A stretch of 53,333 nucleotides of DNA. It comes from Atractiella rhizophila (taxonomy: Eukaryota). A program made the position numbers and the translations under genes. Each line of letters opens with the position of its first letter. Position 1 is the first letter of the stretch. Below are positions 23,321 to 35,650 of the stretch, in pieces. The stretch covers positions 1 through 53,333 of the forward strand of contig MU271447.1 in assembly GCA_021432655.1 (NCBI GenBank). Direction: 5' to 3'. The notes beneath the pieces were generated by a model that was not told where the DNA came from, searched no databases, and worked only from the letters and a program-made list of their open reading frames with translations.

Positions 23321-26300
23321 TCAAGCTTCCGCTTTGATGTTAGACTTAAAAGTCCATCTGAGGAAGAGAGAGTTGATCACCACGCTAACAGAGGAGAGCG
23401 CCATGGCGAGAGCAGCGTAAGCCTACAGACCAGGGCCGTAAGTAACGCCTAAACGTGGATAGCGTGAAGAACTCACAGGAGGCAGCCTTGTCTTTCCCAA
23501 GTCGTAGAACGCACCAGCAGCCAATGGAATGAGGACGAGATTGTATACTATTGCCCATGCAAAATTCGTGGCTATCTTGCGCATGGTCCGTCGAGAGATT
23601 TCGAGGAGGAGCGGGACGAGATTAAGGTTGGAGGAGAGGAGGCAGAAATCAGAAGTCGAGATAGCCATTTGTGAGCCAGAGCCCATCGCGACTCCAACAT
23701 CCGCTTGTGCGATGGCTGGCCCATCGTTTGTCCCGTCTCCTACAAAGAGAACGACCGACTTGCGCATCCTACGTCGTCCAAAGAAGGTCGGCTGAGATTT
23801 CAAAGTCCCCTGGATTTTCTCCACTTCCTCTTTCTTCTGAACTGGGAGACAATTCGCAATAACATTTGATGGTGCGATCCCGATCTTACTCGCGACTGCA
23901 GACCCTGTCACTTCGTTGTCTCCAGTGATCATGAACACGTCGATCCCTCGAGCGATAAAATCTTTGACGACACTTTGAGCTTCAGGACGAGGTGGATCTT
24001 GAAGAGCGAAAAAGGCCACGAGATGGTACGCTCCCTCTTTATCAGATAATGCGACGAGAATTATGGAGCTTCCCGCCTTCTTCCAATCCATCACAATCGC
24101 TCGTTCCTCCAATGTCAGCTCCACATCGTGGTCTCGCAATAGCGCTTCGTTCCCAACGATGACGTCGAACGCGCGTCCTGCTCTCTCCACTTTGCCCTTC
24201 AAACCTCGGCCAGGGACTTCTTCAGAGCGCACGACAGAACTCCTGATCTCCGTCGCTTCCAGCCCAGAACGACAATAGTCAACGAGACTCTTCGCGAGAG
24301 GATGTGCGCTTGCTTCTTCTAGCTTGAAAACAATGTCAAAGATCGCACCTTCGTCTGTGAGATCGTTCTCCACAATCTTCTCATGAACGACTTTGAACTC
24401 CCCGAGCGTGAGCGTGCCTGTCTTGTCGAATACGACCGTGTTGACCTTCCTTCCCGCTTCAAATCCTTGGCCGCCACCTATAGGAACGATCCCACGCTTC
24501 GCAGTCAATCCGATACCGACCATCTGAGCTGTGGGAGCTGCAAGTCCTATGCCACAAGGACAAGCGACGACAAGAACCGCTACCGCGAACTTTACGGCGA
24601 ATAGAGCCCATCCTCCTTCTCCTTCCCAATCCTTCGGCAAATCACCAGCGTACCCTCGAGCGATCCACACCAGCCAAGTAAATATCGAAATCCCAACGAT
24701 AGCAGGAACGAAAACGGCGGTCACTTTCTCAGCAGCTCTCTCGACTCCCGCCTTTCGCCCCATAGACTCCCTAACGACTTCCTGGATATCGTCTATAGCA
24801 CATTTTCCAACAGGTCGACATACTATGCCGCGAACAGGAGAGGGTCCTGCGTTGACTGTACCGGCGTAGAGGTACGGAAGAGGATTGGAAGGCTCTTTGG
24901 GCACAGGACGGGATTCGCCCGTGAGAGACGATTCATCGAAGGTAGACGTTTCAGACGTTGCTGCCAGCGTGCAATCCAGCGGAGGCGATGAACCGACTGG
25001 GACGATGACTTGATCATGAACATCCAGGAAGTCGATCGGGACGGTAACCGTTTGATTAGTTTCCTCGACTAGTTGACCCGTTTTGGGAGTCAGAGATTCA
25101 AGGGCTGAAAGCTCTCTTGCCGCTACACCTTTCGCTAAGTTTTCGAGGTATCGGCCGATAAGGATGAAGAACATGAGGAAGACGCTAGAATCGAAGTATC
25201 CCATCTCCTTATCTCCCATTCTCATCGATTCGTGAGCCCCCCTTCGTATATCTAGAATAAGATAAGCGAGACTAGCGAAATAGCCGGCACTGGTCCCCAG
25301 CGCTACCAGAGTGTCCATACTCCCCCATCGAATCAGACGGTCAACCCAACCTCTCCGGATCCAAACCCTCTTGACACCATTCCACGCCTTTTCATAGAAA
25401 TACCATCCCACGCCAAACTGGATCGGTGTAGCGAGAATCCAAGAGGCTACCGTTCCTCTGTCAGCTCCTCCCCAAATTGGTGTTTCAAGCCACATTCTGA
25501 AAGAATTCGAGGAAGGGACGAGAGACATCCCAACGACGTAGATGACGAACATTGGAAGCGCGAAGGCAAATGATATCGCAATGAGGATGAGAAGCTTTCT
25601 TCTTTCCTTTCTCTGAAGTCGCTGAGCAAGCGTTGACAGCGATTCGTCCTTTGCGACGTCAAATGTGAATCCGAGGTCTTCTATTTCTGAACGAATTAGG
25701 CGAAGGTTGAAAGGCTTTGCTCCTGCCTGTGGAATGTAAGAGAGGCTGAAGACTGGGTTTGAGACAGAGAAGGAATCGAAGCGGAGCGACGCCGATGGAT
25801 ACATAGTCGAAAGCTCCTTCAGCTTATTGAAGACTTTGGTAGTGCATTCGCTGTCATTCAACAGGGTGAGCAGAGCGTCTGCGATAACATAGAAAAGACA
25901 TACCCGCAAAACATACCCTCCACCTTTACTCGGACAAATCTTTTTTCTGTGTTGCTTTCATCCCCGTCGTTTCCGCCAACAGCTTCAGCTCCATAACCTG
26001 CGTCTTCAATCGTCTCGATCAACGCTTCCGCCGAAACCTTCGCTGAATCATAAAGGACGCTCGCGAGAGGTGGTTCCAAAGTGACTTGGGCTTGGTGAAC
26101 TCCGACGATACCTGAGAGGATTGTTTGTATTGTAGCTACGCAAGAACTGTGCCAACATCAGCCCGCCTGGTCAGCACGCAGGAAATGTTACATGCCTGCA
26201 AGTCATCCCATCTAGCACGAGCTTCAATTCCTTCACAGTCTTTGTTTGCCCTTCGACAGAAGCTTCAACAACTTTACCGTCGTATCCAGCATCTTCGATT

Positions 26301-26900
26301 AATTCGACAATCTGTGTCGAAGAGAGAATGTTCGGGTCGTATGTGACCTTTGCCAGTGGAGGAGACAGAGTGACGGATTGAGACAGGATACCATGGTGGT
26401 CCAAACTCAAAGAAATAGCGGAGACGCAAGAGCTGCACTCGCAATCAGCATTGGTACAAACATCAGCTCAAAGACTCGAACCTGCACGTCATCCCCTCCA
26501 ACAGGACGTGGATTGTTTGCACATTCTTCTCTCCTTTCTCTTCCTCAGCCTCCTTCCGACAACTGTCGCATTGCTCTCTATGTTTTCTCTCTCTCTCCCT
26601 TTTCTTCTCCTCTTCAGCTCTTCCCTTCTTCTTCCAGAACTTCAATCCACTGGAATGCATGGGCAAGACAGCTTCCTCCTTTTTCGCGTCGTTGAGGACC
26701 TCGTAACCATTTTGGTTGAGGACCTTCCTCGCCTTCCTCTCTGAGCTCTTGGAAGAAGACAGGGAGGTGAAGGACACGTATCCTGTTACCAACTCGACTT
26801 TGATGTCTCGAAGGCGTCCAACTTCTGACAACAAGCCATGAATGGTGGTCACACAGCTTGGACAGTGTATATTCGATACTAGTAATCGATGTCTCGACAT
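23321..26900 (-). CDS. P1B-type heavy-metal (copper) transporting ATPase with four N-terminal HMA domains
   Basis: HMA motifs IHCPSC, GMTCSSC (x2) and GMFCGEC; LTGES; VVACPC; DKTGT; SAHP; TGDN; GDGTND; YN and MALSS Cu(I) motifs. Confidence 0.95.
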
Positions 26901-27206
26901 TCTTCGTCAACTTCTATTCGGGATACTCTCCGCCACAGATAGTACTTGCACTGACAACAAACGTTGCCTTTATATGCTGCCAACAGGAGCGCCATTTGTG
27001 CGACCTTGATGAGGTCAGATGATGTTTAACTTTCGCACAAATCGCGCTCTCGTGACTAAAGGTCACGTGGCTAAGGAATGTTCTCGCATCTCGCTTTTTG
27101 CAAAGCATGGTATGTTCAGGGGCTCCACAGTGAGGTAGCTAGCATACAGCTTAGTGGTGTTCAAATCAAAGGTGGCCCAACTGAAGATGAAGACATTTCA
27201 TTGTCA

Positions 27207-27760
27207 CTATACAAATCCTAATCTTTTCGCAGCTTGGACTCCCTTTGTTCGCACCTCCTCAAAATCGCCATAAACGTCAAATCTTCTCGCTTTATCTTCC
27301 TCGGGAGTCTTCCACCAAACAGCCAAGCCGTTAACTCTGATCTCTTCGTCCTCTTTGCCTTTGAATGTGTACGTGATTTTACAACTCTGGACGATCTTGT
27401 TGGGGAGGACATCAATATCTACTGGCCTAGATACCCAACCTCTCAACGATTTGGAACCAAACGGACAGAAGAGGATGGCGACAGACTCGTGCTTCATAGT
27501 ATGGATGACCCCAACCTGCCCTGCAAACCATTCCTTGAACGTGTGCACGCCCACTAGAGGAGCGCTGTTCCCGAAATTGACATGCACATCGTCCGTATAG
27601 CGCGACATGAAGGCATCAGGATCCAGACTGTCGCCTTTGAGTTGAGTCTGAGAGCATCACGCCCACAACCTGTCAGTTGCGATTGTAGAAGATGCGGCTA
27701 CGGCACCTCGTAGACCCAATCAACGCCCGCCTTTCTTTGGGTTTCAGTGACAACAACCAT
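27207..27760 (-). CDS. SnoaL-like / NTF2-fold protein, intact copy
   Basis: Three exons give MVVVTETQRKAGVDWVYE / TQLKGDSLDPDAFMSRYTDDVHVNFGNSAPLVG...MKHE / PVDIDV...ITYTFKG...ARRFDVYGDFEEV...GFV*. Confidence 0.75.
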
Positions 27761-29655
27761 CGTTTCTGCTCTACAACCGTCTTGAGGAGCTAGCTTTCGG
27801 AGTGGAGAATCTCGTCGACTTGAAGCGATAGAGCGTTTGAGAATGCCTTTTATACTTTTGCACCATATCCTCTCATTCTCCTACCATTTGTCGGGGTGCG
27901 GCTTTAGCGTTAACGTAGGTACCACTGCAGTGAGGAGACGCCACAAGGCTCTCAAAGCAGGAATGTACAACAACTAAGCGATGAGAATAGCACAACAAAT
28001 ACCTTTTCAAAGGTAGATCCAGGTACATACCGAACAGATGTAGGTAGACATGATGGGCAAACTGAGGTCCGAATAGGACAGAGGAGGAAATGATTGCGTC
28101 GCTATCTGCAAAATCGCCTCCTTCGCAACTATTTACGTCCCTAGTAACATTTGTTCATCTATGAGAAGAATCTACGTGGATGTAGGCTTGTAAGATGGCA
28201 GCGAGCCGTCACACAGACACAGGAAGATATCGACATTTTGTCACAAGTCGATTTTACAAGGTGGATCTCTACATGACCCAAGGTTTTTACACCAACTCTT
28301 GCACCAACTCCTCAGCCAGTTCCTCTGTCCAGAGTCATAGTAAAGCCAACGGCTATCTTTGCTACCCTCCACGATCCTGTTATCAGGATACTTTCAAACC
28401 AGGGAGTTTGGAGGAGAGTCACGTGCTTGACTAACAAGTTTGGAAGACGCATTGCCTTTGAATGTGTAAGTGATTTTACAACTCTGGACGATCTTGTTGG
28501 GGAGGACGTCAATATCTGCTGGTCTAGATACCCAACATCTCAATGGTTTGAAACCAAACGGACAGAAGAAGATGGCGACAGACTCGTGCTTCATGGTATG
28601 GATGACTCCAACCTGTCCTGTAAACCATTCCTTGAACGTGTCCACTCCAACGAGAGGAGCGCTGTTCCCGAAATTGACATGCACATCGTCGGTATAGCGC
28701 GACATGAAGGCATCAGGATCCAGACTGTCGCCTTTGAGTTGAGTCTGAGAGCATCACGCGAACAAAGCGTCAGTTGTGATTGTAGAAGATGTGGCGACGG
28801 CACCTCGTAGACCCAATCAACGCTGACCGTTCTTTGGGCTTCAGTGACAACAACCATCGCTCCTGTTCTATGAGGAGCTGACTTTCGGAGTAAAAATCTC
28901 GTCGACTTGAAGCGATAGAGCGTCTGACAATACTTTTATACTTTTGCACCATATCCTCTCATTCTCCTACTATTTGTCGGGGGGCGGCTTTAGCGTTAAC
29001 GTAGGCAACAGCGCAGTGAGGAGACACCGCAAGGCTCTCAAAGCAGGAATGTACAATAACTAAGCGATGAGAATAGCACAGCAAATACCTTTTCAATGGT
29101 AGATCCAGGTATACCGAGCAGATGTAGGTAGACAGGATGGGCAAACTGAGGTCCCAATAGGATAGAGGAGGAAAAGATTGCGTCGCTATCTGCAACATCG
29201 CCTACTTCGCAACTATTTACGTCCCTAGTAACATTTGTTCATCTATGAGAAGAATCTACGGGGATGTAGGCTTGTAAGTTGGCAGCAAGCCGTCACAAAG
29301 ACACGAGAAGAGATCGAATTTTTGTCACGAGTCGATTTTACAAGATGAATCTCTCTGGTACCTATAACTGGAGCAATGGGATCCACATAGATGATATTTA
29401 TTGTGTGATGGATCGAAGACAAGAAGGGCTGATAGGGAGCACTCACGCTAATCTGCAACCCAACTATAGTACTAACGTGACCCAAGGTTTTTACACCAAC
29501 TCTTGCACCAACTCCTCAGCCAATTCCTCTGTCCAGAGTCCTAGTAAACGCCAACGGCTGTCTTTGCTACCCTCCACGATCCTGTTATCAGGATACTTTC
29601 AAACCAGGGAGTTTGGAGGAGAGTCACGTGCTTGACTAACAAGTTTGGAAGACGC
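27357..29655. repeat. Tandem segmental duplication (units ~27357-28450 and ~28454-29655)
   Basis: Both units begin GCCTTTGAATGTGTA and end CTAACAAGTTTGGAAGACGC, with high but imperfect identity. The second unit carries ~115 extra nt at ~29351-29475. Confidence 0.92.
28394..28857 (-). pseudogene. 3'-truncated duplicate of the SnoaL-like gene
   Basis: Matches the 27207-27760 gene up to ITYTFKG, then reads through the duplication junction into unrelated sequence (NASSKLVSQ...*), losing ~49 C-terminal residues. Confidence 0.7.
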
Positions 29656-29758
29656 GTTCGAGTTTTCCAGTTCCTTCTTCCTTCTCTTTTTATCGCCTTT
29701 TATACCCTCATACCCATTCCTCCTCCATCCCCCGTATCCCTAGGCAGCGACATCAAAC

Positions 29759-31900
29759 ATGTCCACAGGAACACCACGCTCCAGACCCCGCACTTCCACC
29801 CACCTCGAAATGTCACCCCCTCCCTCACAAGAAGAAGGTGCCCAATCCCCGTCCTCCTACTCTGAATCGCACTCGCAGACCATCCACGCCCAATCTCCCA
29901 CACTCCACTCCCGCTCTCCCCCCGTGAGGCTCCGTCGGAGCGCCGTCCGCCTAGAGCAGAGGGAGAGTGGTTACATTCCGTCGATGGACTCTCCCTCTCC
30001 TCTTCCCTCCCACGACTCCGACGGCTCCGACGATGGAGAAGGGGAGGAAGGGGAGAAGATGTACGGAGATATCGGGTATGGATCGAAGGAAGGAGAGGAG
30101 ATGGGGGAGAAGAACCCGCCGAGGTATTCTTACCTACACCCGCACTCGCCGCCGAAAGAGAGAGGAAGAGCGTCGTCGGAACCCCCTCAGGCGCGGGAGA
30201 GGGAGAGGGAAGAGGAGGGAGGCAGTGGAAGCGGTCTATTCGGACGTCTACCCTTCGTGTTCAACCTCCGTAGGCCCACTCTCGAACCCCCTTCCTCCTC
30301 AGGATCAGCGACGGCGGGGAGGGGAGAGACAGAAGAACTCCTTTCCGTCCCTCATCCTTCTCAACAACAACAAGAGCAAGCAGAAGAACAACACACACAA
30401 GTCATCGAATACTATACGCCATACAGACACGGTCAACCTTTATCTGCCATCTCAGAAGCTCCAACACTACCCACCGCCTCTCAATCGCATTCCACTCCAG
30501 ACCACTCTCGTCGCATCTCCCACCTCTCCGGCATCTCCCAACTCTCCTCAGGTGTGCAACACCAAGACTTCGCACCAGGAGGACACGTCACTCCACCCAA
30601 CGTCCACCTCTCCGTCCCACAACCTCAATCCCAATCCTCACCCTCACATCCCTCCCATGCTTCTCAAGCCTCCTACGCCTCCCAGACCGCCCATCTCCAG
30701 GTTCCAGGAATGGAGGGAGCAATGGGAGGAAGAGGGACCCCCGCTCCTACGATCGCACATTCTATAGCTCCGAGTATGAGGGAGCGATTGGCGGCGCAAG
30801 GTAGTAGGGTGTTCACGCCGGCTGAGGCGGAGGAACAGGCGCAGATGGCTGGTGATGTATGCTTTCCCTTCTCAGAGCTGCAATGCGCGAGTGAGGGGTA
30901 CTGATGCATTTGAATGGATTAGGCTCCACCATTGAATTTTCACGATTTGGTGCAGATTTATCAAGTCGTAGCGGACAGGAGGGCGAGCTTCGATAGTCTT
31001 TTGTGGCAGGTCCGTCTTCCTTTCCTCTGTCAACAACCTCTCTCTTTCGGTTCTTCCATTGCATCTACCCAAGTACTAATCGATCTCTGGACAGGTACCG
31101 ACTATGGGCTTGACGGTCCGCGTCCTCACCCTCCGTTCTCATCAGAGGCTCCACTGACTTATCGACCTGTGACAGGCCCACGCCTTCCTATTCTCCATCG
31201 GTCTGGCCTCCGACACCTCTCGAGCATCGTACGTCCCCTCTAATCATCATCCCCAGAAGGTGCAGGTATGTCTGACTTCTCCTGATGCTCCTAGGAGGAT
31301 CATATCCATGGCCCTCGTCCTCCTCATCACCTTCTTGACCATTCACCTATTCACGCGCCAACTGCAAGCTGAAGACGCAGACAATCGGTGCGTCCCGTAT
31401 CCTCCATCCCATTCTGGCCTCACCCGTCCTCTTCCCCTCCTCCCCTCTCGCAATCGAATAACCATTGCTCACATATCCACGTGACGATCTAGCTGGCTAG
31501 AAGACTTTGAAAAACGTCATCACCTCAACCCCGTCGACTCAGCCCACGGCGCCGCCTGGTCCAAGTATCGAAGCGTCCTTCCCCCGAGAGCTAGGCATTT
31601 CAAGCACCTGGCGCGACTCAGGGGATTCACGGTTTGGTCGTTCGTCTTCCCTCCCTCCGTCCTCTTCCTCCCTTTGTTTTGCTGCCTCATTGCCATGCGA
31701 TGCTCCACTTGAATGGTAGTTGATAATCTGGCTGGGACAGGAACGGATTGGCCCTCATAGGATTGGTCGGTCTCGGAGTGATGTTGTTGGCCATTGGCAA
31801 GCCAGACGTGTTGATAGGGTGCAGTTGTGGATTTGGAAGCAGTGGGGGATATAGTAAGCGGAGTTTAAGCACTTGTGCGGCTAGGAACGAGATTTGGTGA
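29759..31900 (+). CDS. Membrane protein of unknown function: ~370-aa disordered N-terminus plus a C-terminal 3-TM domain
   Basis: Long first exon, then micro-exons giving YQVVADRRASFDSLLWQ / VPTMGLT / AHAFLFSIGLASDTSRAS / RIISMALVLLITFLTIHLFTRQLQAEDADNR / WLEDFEKRH...GFTVWS / NGLALIGLVGLGVMLLAIG. Confidence 0.75.
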
Positions 31901-32316
31901 GCTCTTACCGGCCCCCCTCAACCTGGATAGGGAGATACTGAATGGAGGGTTCAGGGAGTAATGTGTTACTCGTCGTTGACGTTGGCTGGCGAGGTAGCGT
32001 TTAGGTACGCTCTTTTACATTGAATTGGGCCGCAGAGGGGAGACTCATGGTGGGATTGCAGTATAGAATAGTTCGAAGGTCGGACAATGCTTTAGTGTGG
32101 CCGTATGGAGCGTATGGACTTGATTAGAAACACGTTCGGATTTCGAATAGTTAGTTAGGATACGCGCATGAGTTATGGATTTCTCTTATCACTCCGTTTC
32201 AACTTCACTTTTAGGTTTTTCACACAAGAATCAGGCTTGCAAGCTACAAAAGCGCATCATACGTTCATGCAGAACATCTCGCAATTGATACCACGTCTTT
32301 ATGCCCAATCACAATA

Positions 32317-33261
32317 TCACAGCCTAGATTGATCCGTAACCTTCATGGAAATAGCCTCCATCGACTGTAGGATCCTCCCCGCTATCTCGCCAACTCTGGT
32401 CTCCGTCACAGGCTCCAACGGTTTCTTCCAATCCTCGGGAAGGCGGTTATCAGCAAAGAACCCTCTTGCCACTCCCAGATCTATCTTTTCACCATCACCA
32501 AGTAAGAGCAGAGCAGCGGCGCTTTCACTCGCCGCTATAAAATATTTTCACATCCTTCTCAGCTGTGATGACATGAAGGAAGACAAGGAACAGCACACCT
32601 AATGACTTCTGAGCCTCTGCCAGTGGAGGCGATTCATTCTCTCGGATCACGCGAGCACAGGCAAACTCGAGGATCCGTAGAACTTGTCGATCTGAGGAGA
32701 GCGCTAGGAGCTCGTCTACTTTACGTTGGTTCGTCTCGGTTGGGGCATACTTCTCGCCTTTCACCTGGATTTGGGGATAACATCAGTCCTTGTTCGGTGA
32801 TGGAGCAAGGAGAAGAGACTGACGGTATCGTCATGCACCAGTGAGGCGTCGTGTTCTATGAAATTGTGGAGGTTCACATCCTTCAGCTATTAACATTCTT
32901 CAGGCTCCGAACAGATGGTCAGTGGAAGCAAGCAAAGCGTACCTCCAACTTCCCATCCTCCCGCACTATCTTTGACAGTGGAGTTGTCAACGAAGCTGAG
33001 AGATCTGGAGCCAGATTCAAAAACTTCTGCAGCGTCTCGTCCAGTAAAGCAGGGGTCAAATTGCGACCATCTCGTGGCCTGTTGAGCGGAAATTCAGCCT
33101 TGCAAACAACGAACACATAATAACGTACAGAATTCCTTGATTCGCCAGGCCTAGTTCAGGTCATTCAGCCTGTGAGTTCAAAATTGACAGAAAAGCGTAC
33201 TGTTGAGCATAGGACAGACGCAACGACTGTCCGTCGGTTTGGGAGGACGCCAATCACCCAT
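32317..33261 (-). CDS. Heme-thiolate peroxidase (chloroperoxidase / short unspecific peroxygenase family), no signal peptide
   Basis: Spliced product MGDWRPPKPTDSRCVCPMLN / SLANQGIL / PRDGRNLT... / LKDVNLHNFIEHDASLVHDD /...LAASESAAALLLLG...FFADNRLPEDW. The proximal-Cys region, LAN.G.LPRDG, EHD.SL and RLP..W motifs of HTPs are present. Confidence 0.88.
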
Positions 33262-34474
33262 CTTGATGAGAGCAGCAGCGAAAATCCAATCAACAGACTG
33301 TCGTTGGCTCGAGATACGTTTAAGTATGCCACAAGAATCATAAACCCCAGGGCTCTTGCCATTCAGCTCGGATATTGGACGAAGGTCGTCAGCACCAGGT
33401 TTATTCAACGCTGAAGATCAGGGACTCTTCCCTGCAAGGATATACGCGTCCATTTGAGCGATGGGAAGTGTTGTTAGATTTTGGTTATTTGCGAGAAGAT
33501 CATCAGTGAAGTGATAGGGAAACTTGGGCTAAGCCGCCATCACGTCAGTGAGTGATTTGAAGCACTAGAGGCTCTAGAAACTTTGGCGTTAGTGAGAGCA
33601 TTGGGTACGTTTGCAGTTGAAATACTACTAGTGGGAGGAGCAAAACGCTGTTGGCCATGATCCTGGATAACTCTTGGATAAAAGATATCAATTATCCGTC
33701 TAGGAGGACTGGGCCAATGGGGATCTAAAGGCTCAGACACGTTTCGCTCTCGTCGGCATCCACCCGAGCCCTTGGTCTCAATTCGGTGCATGCCCCTGGC
33801 ATGCCACCACAAAGTGGGCAGATGAGACGAGAAAGTGGGGATTCATTGCCCCCAACCCCCTTCTTCCCTTCTTCACTTGGCAAGCTGGAGGTAGCATTTG
33901 ATAATGCTTTACATACTGGGTAGGCTATTGACGTCTCAACGCCAAGGTAGGCTCAGCATTAAGTGAGTTCTCACATAATCCTGCTGAATACACAAAACGC
34001 TTCGCTTCGAGTGTCTCTGTACTTTCATTTCGAGGCCTGTCCTTTTCTTTGTGAAGACGGTGTAACATTCCGGCGCGTTTACCGTACGCCGTGGGAAACG
34101 CAGGAAGGAGCGAGGTAGCGAGGGACGGAAGTCGGTGCACGGAAAAGCAACTCCGTCGGGCGTTGTATGCGCGATTGTCAGGTAGCTACTTCAATGGCGC
34201 ACCGGCATCCGAAGTCCTCACCGTTTTAACCCTGGAAGAATTGACTCCTGATGAATCGGGAAGACGTCGCCTCTACTTGACGGCGGTCAGTGTGTACATC
34301 CGTAGGGTATTTGTGGACTGGTCCGACTGGATGAAAGGTTGGAAAATAGCACCCTTGTTACGGCTTGATGGGTATATATACCCCCCTCCTGCAGCGAGGG
34401 TAACCCATTCGGCGACTCTGCCTTCGTGTACATAGCTTGCAACTGGCTTACAACCTAGCCTCGACGTTTACATC

Positions 34475-35136
34475 ATGCCGCCAATCAAATTTTCTGCTCA
34501 GAGCATCGGAGCTCATTACGGAAGAAAAGGTGAGTGCATCAGCATTTGTCAATATCGAGACAGACTTACTCATCAGTTGTTCGCTTTGTTAGACATTTCA
34601 ATTCTCTGTGCGACCAACGTACAGAAACTATTCGGTGAATCATCCACACCTCAGTGCTCACTCGAGCAATGGGTTGTATGTTCTTCTCGCCTTTCTATCC
34701 CAAACACTGAAAAGGGAACTAGGCACACATCTTGCACAACATGGACATCCCTAATAACACTGTGTTTCGAGCACTCCATCTCCTTCAATTGCTCAGTGCA
34801 TCTTTCGGTCCCTCTCCCACGCCTCAACTACACGAACGGCTTCTCCTCTCCTGTCTCATCATCGCTTCCTCCTACTCATCAACACCAAACTCGGCGGCCG
34901 ATCTTCAGCTCTGGCGCATCGCTTGTAGAAACATGTTTACCGTTGAGGAGATTAGGGACATGGAGGACGATCTCTTTCAATGCCTAGAGCATCACCTCAT
35001 GGACGGTGGAGAGGGATTGGCCATTGTCGCTCGCGAAGAGGAGCGAATATGGAATGACGTTATGAGGAGCAGGAATACCAGAGATGAGAAGATTGGAAGG
35101 ATGATCGAACAGGCTAATAGGAATGTGTTATGGTGA
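34475..35136 (+). CDS. Small cyclin-like protein (Pho80/Pcl family-like, degenerate)
   Basis: Three exons; the last contains TVFRALHLLQLL...RLLLSCLIIASSY...LWRIACRNMFTVEEIRDMEDDLFQCLEHHL, resembling cyclin-box helices 2-5. Confidence 0.6.
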
Positions 35137-35650
35137 CAGGGAAGCAAAGGCTCATTATACACGCAGACTCCGACCTTCAATAAAGTACAGATAAGTTCTT
35201 AGGTCCTTATTTGTGCTATTCCTTGTTACTTTTTCAAAAAGTGTACTTCTATCAGAAGAAACAATAGCAAGCGGTTAATATTCATATCAAATATGACTAT
35301 TTCTGTGGGCAAGAAGGAGCAAGCCTAGAGACATTCTCTTTACCTGAAATGGAAAAAGGCTTAACAGGCAGAGGTAGCACGCGATCAAAGGCTTTGGAAC
35401 AGCCAACACTGCTCAAAATGAATTGTATTCATTATGCAAGCTCACTCAAGGCGAATTTTACGAAGACAAAAACACATCACCCCTTCAAAATTCGGGCAAT
35501 CCCTTCCATATTGGCATCCCCAGCATGCTGGGTAGTATGGACAAAAGACACCGCAGCCCTAACCCTAATTGAGGACCATCCTAATGTTGACTTATGTTCT
35601 ACACCTCAGTCAACTGCTTCGTTGACTGACGAGACAAAGGTCTTCGAGAC

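Noticed and set aside
27357..29655. Direct repeats as LTRs of a retrotransposon
   Set aside because: The units abut directly, contain a spliced cellular gene, lack TG...CA ends and enclose no gag/pol.
2163..33261. One RiPP biosynthetic cluster linking the KEP with the aminopeptidase, SnoaL proteins and peroxidase
   Set aside because: These genes are 18-30 kb away and separated by core housekeeping genes (GCN3, CGI121, NSR1, MRP17); no DUF3328 or tyrosinase was seen.
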